A stretch of 64,000 nucleotides of DNA from Octopus sinensis (Eukaryota), in assembly GCF_006345805.1 (NCBI RefSeq), contig NC_043012.1:41974001-42038000 (forward strand), given 5' to 3'. Made by a program: the position numbers and the translations under genes. The notes beneath the pieces are model-generated. The model saw only the letters and a program-made list of their open reading frames with translations. It made no database searches and had not been told where the DNA came from. Shown one piece after another: positions 56,856 through 64,000 of the stretch. Every line of letters begins with the position of its first letter. Position 1 is the stretch's first letter.

Positions 56856-58131
56856 CACAGACACATACATGCATACATACATATAAATATATGTGTGTGT
56901 GCGTCTGTGTGTGCTGTGCATGTATGTATATGCACAAATTTGTTTTAATGTAAGATCAATGAATGTAGATATACTGCAGCTTGTAATACCTTCCCCAGCA
57001 GCATACCTCATATGCTGGAGTAAAGTAATCTGAATACAAAAGGAAAACAGGGAGATTACCGTAATATGTTTCATAGCTGGTAGAATACCCTTCAGAGGAT
57101 GCACACCCAACTGTCTTCTGTCTCCAAATGGAACTTCATAGCAACCGCTGCTTAAATCAATCATAAACAAATACTTAACTAAAATGGCTAGGTTAATATT
57201 TAAGTATTATAAATTTTCTGGCAATGCATGCAAATACGAATTGAACCCGTTATCTTAGGGCTAGACAATAATCATACTGGGAAAGACAGTGGAATTATCT
57301 AAATGAAATTAGTATTGTTTGTAGGGGTAGTATGACCGAATAGTTAAGAAGCTCTCTTTGCAACAGCCAGATTCTAAATTCGATCCCATTGCGTAGTATT
57401 TTGGGTGGATTGAATATTTTGTCGTCTGATATCAATCCACACCTTGTGAGTGAAGTTGGACAGACAGAAACTGTACAGAAGCCTGTTGCATGGAGTGTAC
57501 CTGTATTTTAAAAGCTACGGATTTGTCACACTCTGTCACGTTGATTCGCAATGAGGATTGCATCATGGGTAGAACGTGTTTATGGAATACTCAGCCTTCT
57601 GAAATGATTATTTCAGGGGCAGGTAATCCAGAGGATCGAACAACAAAATCCTCTTCGTCGAACTACGGAGATCCACCAACACCTTTGTTGTTTAGCCTCA
57701 TCGAGCAGGCCTATGTGCAACGGTATTCCTACTCTGACCATCTCGTCTATTTGTATATCAGGACTACAGTAAAACTTTGTTTTGTCTCCTAGAGGTGAGA
57801 TGGGGGAATTTTGGTATATATTTCTAGTTACTGTCCATCAAAGTGTGACTTCCCATCGATTGAAGGAGATTTCCCGACAGGTTTTACAACAAATTTCACT
57901 AATCTTTCCTCCCCCACTATTAATTGGTAGTAAGACCACTCTTACCTCTACCAATTAATAATTAAATAATTAGTTCTGATTGAGGCACAAAACTAGCAAT
58001 GTTGAAGTGAGAGCATTACGTAATAACAATCAACCTCAACATTTAACGACTTGATTTTATCAACCTACATCCCTCGCCTCCGAATGTACCAGCCAAAATA
58101 ATTCTTCCAATATATATCTTATCCTCCTTAC

Positions 58132-58191
<60 letters not shown>

Positions 58192-58230
58192 ACCTCTCTC
58201 TCTTACATCTTTCTTTCTGTTGTCCTTCAG

Positions 58231-58473
58231 ACTCTTCATGTTGCCACTCTACTGTGCTGGATTCATTGAGCAATCTCTGTTGCTTAACCGACGGCGAAAT
58301 GACAAGGAACGCATGCCCAACAGGAATCTATCGGATGATATTTCTATCGATAGCAATTCGACTGACCCTATGCGCAAGCAACGAGAACAAATTGTACCGA
58401 AAATCTACATTTGCGCCACAATGTGGCACGAAACAGTGCATGAGATGACGCAGCTATTAAAATCTGTATTCAG
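58231..58473 (+). CDS. CHS: Chitin synthase exon: start of the catalytic (GT2) domain
   Basis: (CT)n + tgtccttcAG acceptor, AG|gtaaat donor. LFMLPLYCAGFIEQSLLLNRRR...IYICATMWHETVHEMTQLLKSVF(R) contains the CATMWHET signature. Confidence 0.96.
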
Positions 58474-58820
58474 GTAAATATAACATAGGAACCTGTAACA
58501 TTTCAAGGTGCTAGAGCGCCAACCTAGATGCTTTCACTGTTATAGAAATGTGCGTTAAATAACGCAATCTCATCCTTTCTACATTACTGATTTACGGAAA
58601 AAGAGAGAGGGGTTCTCCCAACGGACCGCCTCACGGTTTGTTAATTGCGTCTCATGTAACCCCTGTCATAACTCTCTGTCATAACTCTGTCAGTCGTAAC
58701 CTCCTCAGTCATAACTTACTCAGACATAACTTTCTCTTACTTAAATTCCTTTATAAAGTCTTTAAAAATAACCTTTGCACTCTTCGCTTCCTCTTGAAAC
58801 AACTTGCTCTTATATTCCAG

Positions 58821-58900
58821 GATGGACATAGATCAAAGCGCTCGGAGAAACGCACAAGATTACTTCAATGTCCAAGACCCAGATTTCTACGAATTTGAAG
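58821..58900 (+). CDS. CHS: Chitin synthase catalytic-domain exon
   Basis: tatattccAG acceptor, G|gtaaga donor. (R)MDIDQSARRNAQDYFNVQDPDFYEFE matches the conserved MD.DQ.ARR...DPDYYEFE segment, and phases fit both neighbours. Confidence 0.94.
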
Positions 58901-59965
58901 GTAAGATTTTCAATGTTTCCCACACAAATACATACAACAACAAGAGTACAAGTTTTTTGGCAGGACTCGGTTAACTTGAGAGGCATTTCGTTCCTGTTCT
59001 CAACCCATTAACTACCAAATTATTTTAGCCATAATTTTTGGCTTTGCTAGGTGTCTTCGGAGTTAAAATAATAGATAGTACTTAATTTTTCTTCATATGT
59101 AAATAATTTTGGAAATTATAAATATTTCGAAAAGTCCCAAATGGGGTTCGCTGAAAAAAAAAGCATATTTATCCTTTTCTGTCCAATTTCAATAAAAACA
59201 TTTTAGCTTTTTTGAAACTATAGTATCAAATGCGAATGTGTATGAAATATCAATGAATGATATAAATAGGAAACGCAAAATAAAAAAGAAAACGTTTTCA
59301 AAACAGATATTGTTGTTTTTCGGAATGGTCATTTTGCCAGTTTAGCCAATAAAAACACACGCACTATATATTTGGTGTTAATTTGCTTCAGCGTTATTTA
59401 TTTTTTACATTAATCTTAATCTTATAATGGCCAGAGTTCTTTCGTCACACTTCTGTGACATCATCAGTGGTCCTTTGCTTTCTTCTTTCTTATTTGTGTG
59501 TCTCTCCATACTAACGGTCAAAACAGTCACTATTTTTGTAGTTCAAAAATTTCGATTTATGACAAGATATTCTCTAGAATTAACCAGAGCTAATAATGAC
59601 AAACTTTAACAATTAAATATTGTTAAACACATCTATGCAAATATAAGCAATTCACTTGAAATACAACGAACAAGCGGCAGTGAGACTGTTTTTAGCAGTT
59701 CCCTAAATGGGGCTCGTGGCTGGCTATGGGTCAACAGGTCAAACAATAGATCAAGTTGTTATAACGACCCTGTAAGTGCGTATGTTTTGTACATTCCAAC
59801 AGTTGCCCTCTCACTGCACAAGAGCGACATCAATGTGTGTGCGTGCGCGTGCGCCAGACAGACCGGGAAACCGACCCTGTGCTCCCTACGGAGAAATGTT
59901 CATGCTATATTATTAGCATTATCCCGCGTTTGAGAATAAAATTATTTCCTAATCCGTATATATAC

Positions 59966-60017
<52 letters not shown>

Positions 60018-60198
60018 CTATGTATGTATGTATGTATGTATGTATGTATGTATGTATGTATGTATGTATGTATATGCGTACACTAGTGTTTATACAATAT
60101 ATGTATCCATATATAGCTAAATATAGATATATATGCATATATACACGCATATATACATCTAAATGCATATATCTATTTCTCCTATTCTCTCTCTCCCC

Positions 60199-60247
<49 letters not shown>

Positions 60248-60765
60248 TGTGCATGTGTATGTGTGTATGTGTGTGTGCATGAGCGTGTATGTACCAACAC
60301 ACACACACGCATATATACATGCGCAAAAGACAACTGCTAAGTTATTTGTTATACATATAGGGAGATCGAATCTATAATTTAGCCACCCCGACCTCCACCC
60401 CGGAGTGCTGGGGGTTAGGGTAGGGTCATGAATGTCACAAGTTCTCACGACCTACATCATCAGTCGATGTAATCCAAATAAGTTGACATAACTTCCAGTG
60501 GAATGCGCTCGGAATCTAACCTCGCCACTGTAATCCAGCCGGAAGGACAGATAAATGTCGGTCCCGACCCCTTACCCCCGAACCAACACTATCACCATCA
60601 CTGCTCCAGACCACTGTCCAGACACTCTGCTCCATCACCACCACCACCACCACCACCACCACCACCACCACCAGTAACAACAACAATAACAATAATTACA
60701 ACATCTTTGAATTTAAAGTCAAGATATAAAAGTAAATATAACCATCACTTGGAATCAATTGAAAT

Positions 60766-60801
<36 letters not shown>

Positions 60802-61322
60802 GTCATACATGAACATAATACACAAATACACATAAGTATGCATACAGGCACAAACATATGGAGATATACGCACACATATATGGTTATACATCTACACACA
60901 CACACACATACGTACTTAGGTACATGATGCATGTGTAATACATACATGCATACATAGCCATACACACATACTTGTCATATAGTCATACTATATGCATACA
61001 TACATGCATTGGAACACACACACACTCACACACACACTCGAATACAAAGTTGTACGGTGATGCACACATATATATATGCAAACGTACACAGGCTGGCACC
61101 AAATATACATAGATAGGCAAACAAACACACACACTCGCACACACATACACATGCACATACACATACACACACATACACACACATACACACACATACACAT
61201 GCACATACACATACACACACAAACGTTCACAGTGGACACATATATACGGAATGATGTGTATATAGGTTTTATGTGATGACTACGGGGTGTTAGCACACAG
61301 ACAGACAGACAGACAGATAAAT

Positions 61323-61355
<33 letters not shown>

Positions 61356-61402
61356 TAGGGCGAGAATGAGAGGAGAGAGAGAGAGAGAGAAGAGATAGGT
61401 AG

Positions 61403-61472
<70 letters not shown>

Positions 61473-62063
61473 GGGTATAAAATGAAATAATATCTAAATC
61501 AACATTTATAAAACCGTCTGTGATGGAAGATAATCGATCCAAGTCAAACAGCCGAGATAAATACAATAAAACACGTTAAAATACAATAAAGCACAAAAGA
61601 TTATCGCGAAACATTCCTTTACTTCTGTAAATATTTTTTCAAGTCGATTAAACGAAATGTGTCCGAGGTGGTGGTGGGGGGGAGTAGTGAAAAGTATTAG
61701 AAATAGAGGGGTGGATAAAAGAGTAGGAGTGAAGAAGGGTAGAGAGAGAGGGGCAAGGGAAGGTCGGAAGGGATTTTAATGTGCAAAGGGAGATGTGGTT
61801 GATGAGAGTTAAAACCTAGACGTACAGTCGTCGGTTGGTGGTGGAGGAATGGGAAGCGGGAAAGGAGATTGTACTGTGGGTGGAGTGAAGACGACAACAA
61901 GGAAATGGGAAGAGGAGGAGGAGGGAGAACGAAACAGAAGGTAACGTGCATTGCGTGGTGGTGCGTATGTATATAAAACTCACACAAAGCAGCTAAGGGC
62001 CGTTCTCTCTCTCCCTCTCTCTCTCCCTCTTTCTCTCTCACGTAATATATATACATATATATA

Positions 62064-63062
62064 TTAGGTTGGCAACTAAGTTGCCGCCGTTTTTTTTAAA
62101 CTTAATTTTTTAAAAAGGTTTAATAAAAAAAATAACAACTAATTAATTAATAATGTATTCACCCTTGTTTACAAATTCTTCCCAACTTTCAACAAGATTT
62201 TCAATACCTCGTTGGTAGAAATCACCCGATTTCGACTCAAAAAATTGATCCAACCAAGCTCTCAATTCTGCATCAGTATTGAATGAAACTCTGCGCATAG
62301 AATTTGAAAGAGATCGAAAGAGGTGGAAATCCGTTGGTGCCAAATCAGGAGAGTACGGCGGGTGTGACAGCACTTCCCAGCCATGCGTTTGAAGGGCTTC
62401 CTTGGTCACATTGGCGATTTGAGGGAGGGCGTTGTCGTGCAGCAGAACAATTCCATGCTGACGATTAGGTATTTTCTCTTGAATAGCCGTGTTGAGTCGT
62501 TCCATCTGTTGAACATTGAGTTCTGCGTTGACCGTTTGGTTTCGTTTAAGAAATTCGTAATGGATAGTCCCTTCCCAGTCCCACCATACGCACAACGTCA
62601 TTTTACGCAGATGAAGATCTTGTTTCACACGCGGTGTCGCGTGTTAACCGGGTTTAAGCCTTCCTTACGCTGCTTCATATTGATGTACAGGCACCATTTA
62701 TCGTCGCCAGTAATGATTCGGTAAAGAAATCGTTGTTTCTGTCCATGAGTTGAGTGGTGACGAGCAAGCAAACCAGTGGAGATTGTGGCTCGTTGATTTT
62801 TGTTTTTGTCACTTAAAGCATGCGGAACCCATGCTCCAAACTTCTGAACCTTTCCCACTCTTTAGCAGTGTAGGAGCTTTCCATTTTCTCTGCCAGTTTC
62901 CTTGTCGTTTGACGAGAATTTTCGTGCAAAAGTTGGTTTAATCGCTCTTCATCGAACTCAGCTGGACGGTCAGAACGAGGTGCGTCTTTGAGGTCAAAAT
63001 TTCCATACTTTATTGCATATTCTGGTTGCATAACGAAATACCACATACCTACAGAGCATTCG
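62064..63062 (-). mobile_element. Decayed mariner (DD34D) transposon, 5' part lost
   Basis: TA|TTAGGTTGGCAACTAAGTT terminal repeat (Hsmar1-like). Frameshifted transposase with WVPHAL, ITGDDKW, WWDWEG, LLHDNA and HPPYSPDLAPTDFHLF motifs. Abuts a SINE tail at about 63060. Confidence 0.92.
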
Positions 63063-63817
63063 TGTGTGTTTGTGCTTGTGTCTCCCACCACCGTTTGATA
63101 ACCAGTATTGGTTGGTTTTACGGCCCCGTAAATTAGTGGCTCGGCAAGATGGACCGATAGAATAAGTGCCAGGCTTAAAGGAAAATAATCAGTTTGTTCG
63201 ACTAGACCCTTCAAGGCGGTGCCCCAGCATGGTCGCAGTCTAATGACTGAGACAAATAAAAGGATAAAAAAAAATGTGTATGTATATGTATTATATGTAT
63301 GTATCTATACTTATCAATATATGTGTGTGTTGAGAAAGAGAAAGAAAGAAAGAAAGAAGGTCTAATCTGCTGAAAAATAAAAAGAAGACAAGTGAAGGAA
63401 CAAGCAATTGTATTAGTTTGACGCTTGGGAAGAATGAAGTATTTGACTTTTCGAGCTTACGCTCTTCGACAGAAAGGGGTGAGAGAGAGAAAACATTGAG
63501 AGAGAACAGGAAAATATCTCAGTTTTTTATTTTTCGTTTTCTCTCCATTTTTTCCTCTCACATCGTGGTTGTATTTGCTCAACTAAGCAACAAAGTTAAC
63601 TAACTACAATTATTTTCTCTATATTGTAAGATTGTGTAAAATACACATGAAACAGACACTACGTCAATACTAATACAATACTAAACAACCACTAAGCCAA
63701 TACTTTAACGTTGTAATTAATATTAAGGTGGTACTATGGGTATTACAAACAGAGTTATTACTGTGTATTAAAATGTTCACTGGTGTTTCACGTCTTTTTG
63801 TGTTGCCATACTTTCAG

Positions 63818-63920
63818 CTCACATATTTGTTGACGATGCCATGGAGTTTAATGACAGACGACAATGGATGCCGAATTGTTTCGTGAAGCAACTGGTTTCT
63901 GTTGTTGACAAAGCAGCCAG
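63818..63920 (+). CDS. CHS: Chitin synthase catalytic-domain exon (DDA motif)
   Basis: catactttcAG acceptor, AG|gtaaag donor. (A)HIFVDDAMEFNDRRQWMPNCFVKQLVSVVDKAA matches HIFFDDA...N.FVK. The gene continues beyond the window; the EDR and QRRRW motifs are not present here. Confidence 0.94.
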
Positions 63921-64000
63921 GTAAAGAACAAATCACTACCCCACTTCTCTCTCTCTCTCTCTCTCTCCTCTTTCTCTCTTCCATTTTTCTCTCCTTATAT

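Noticed and set aside
60410-60430. ggggttagggtaggg as a telomeric repeat
   Set aside because: Only one exact TTAGGG unit, with no array.

Overview
AT-rich, microsatellite-saturated eukaryotic genomic DNA. The repeat landscape and gene architecture point to a mollusc, most likely a coleoid cephalopod such as Octopus (inference). One protein-coding gene is supported, on the + strand. Nine GT-AG exons (13103-13214, 21663-21914, 50010-50356, 51805-52012, 53622-53759, 54886-56102, 58231-58473, 58821-58900, 63818-63920; 2700 nt) join phase-compatibly into one uninterrupted frame. It encodes the end of a myosin motor domain, an IQ motif, a polar linker, the N-terminal transmembrane region and the start of the catalytic domain of a metazoan chitin synthase, i.e. 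a myosin-motor chitin synthase that begins and ends outside the window. The introns hold decayed LINEs (CR1-like, R4/Dong-like, L1/Tx1-like), a mariner remnant, Helitron-like elements, MITEs and several tRNA-derived SINE families. The most notable unannotated signals are (i) several minimal type I hammerhead-ribozyme-like motifs in Penelope-like terminal repeats, (ii) long foldback palindromes upstream of four consecutive splice acceptors, and (iii) a candidate 44-nt plus 7-nt microexon pair that would keep the frame between the IQ exon and the linker exon. Almost all entries in the supplied ORF track are microsatellite artefacts. All family assignments come from motif recognition by eye; no database search was run.
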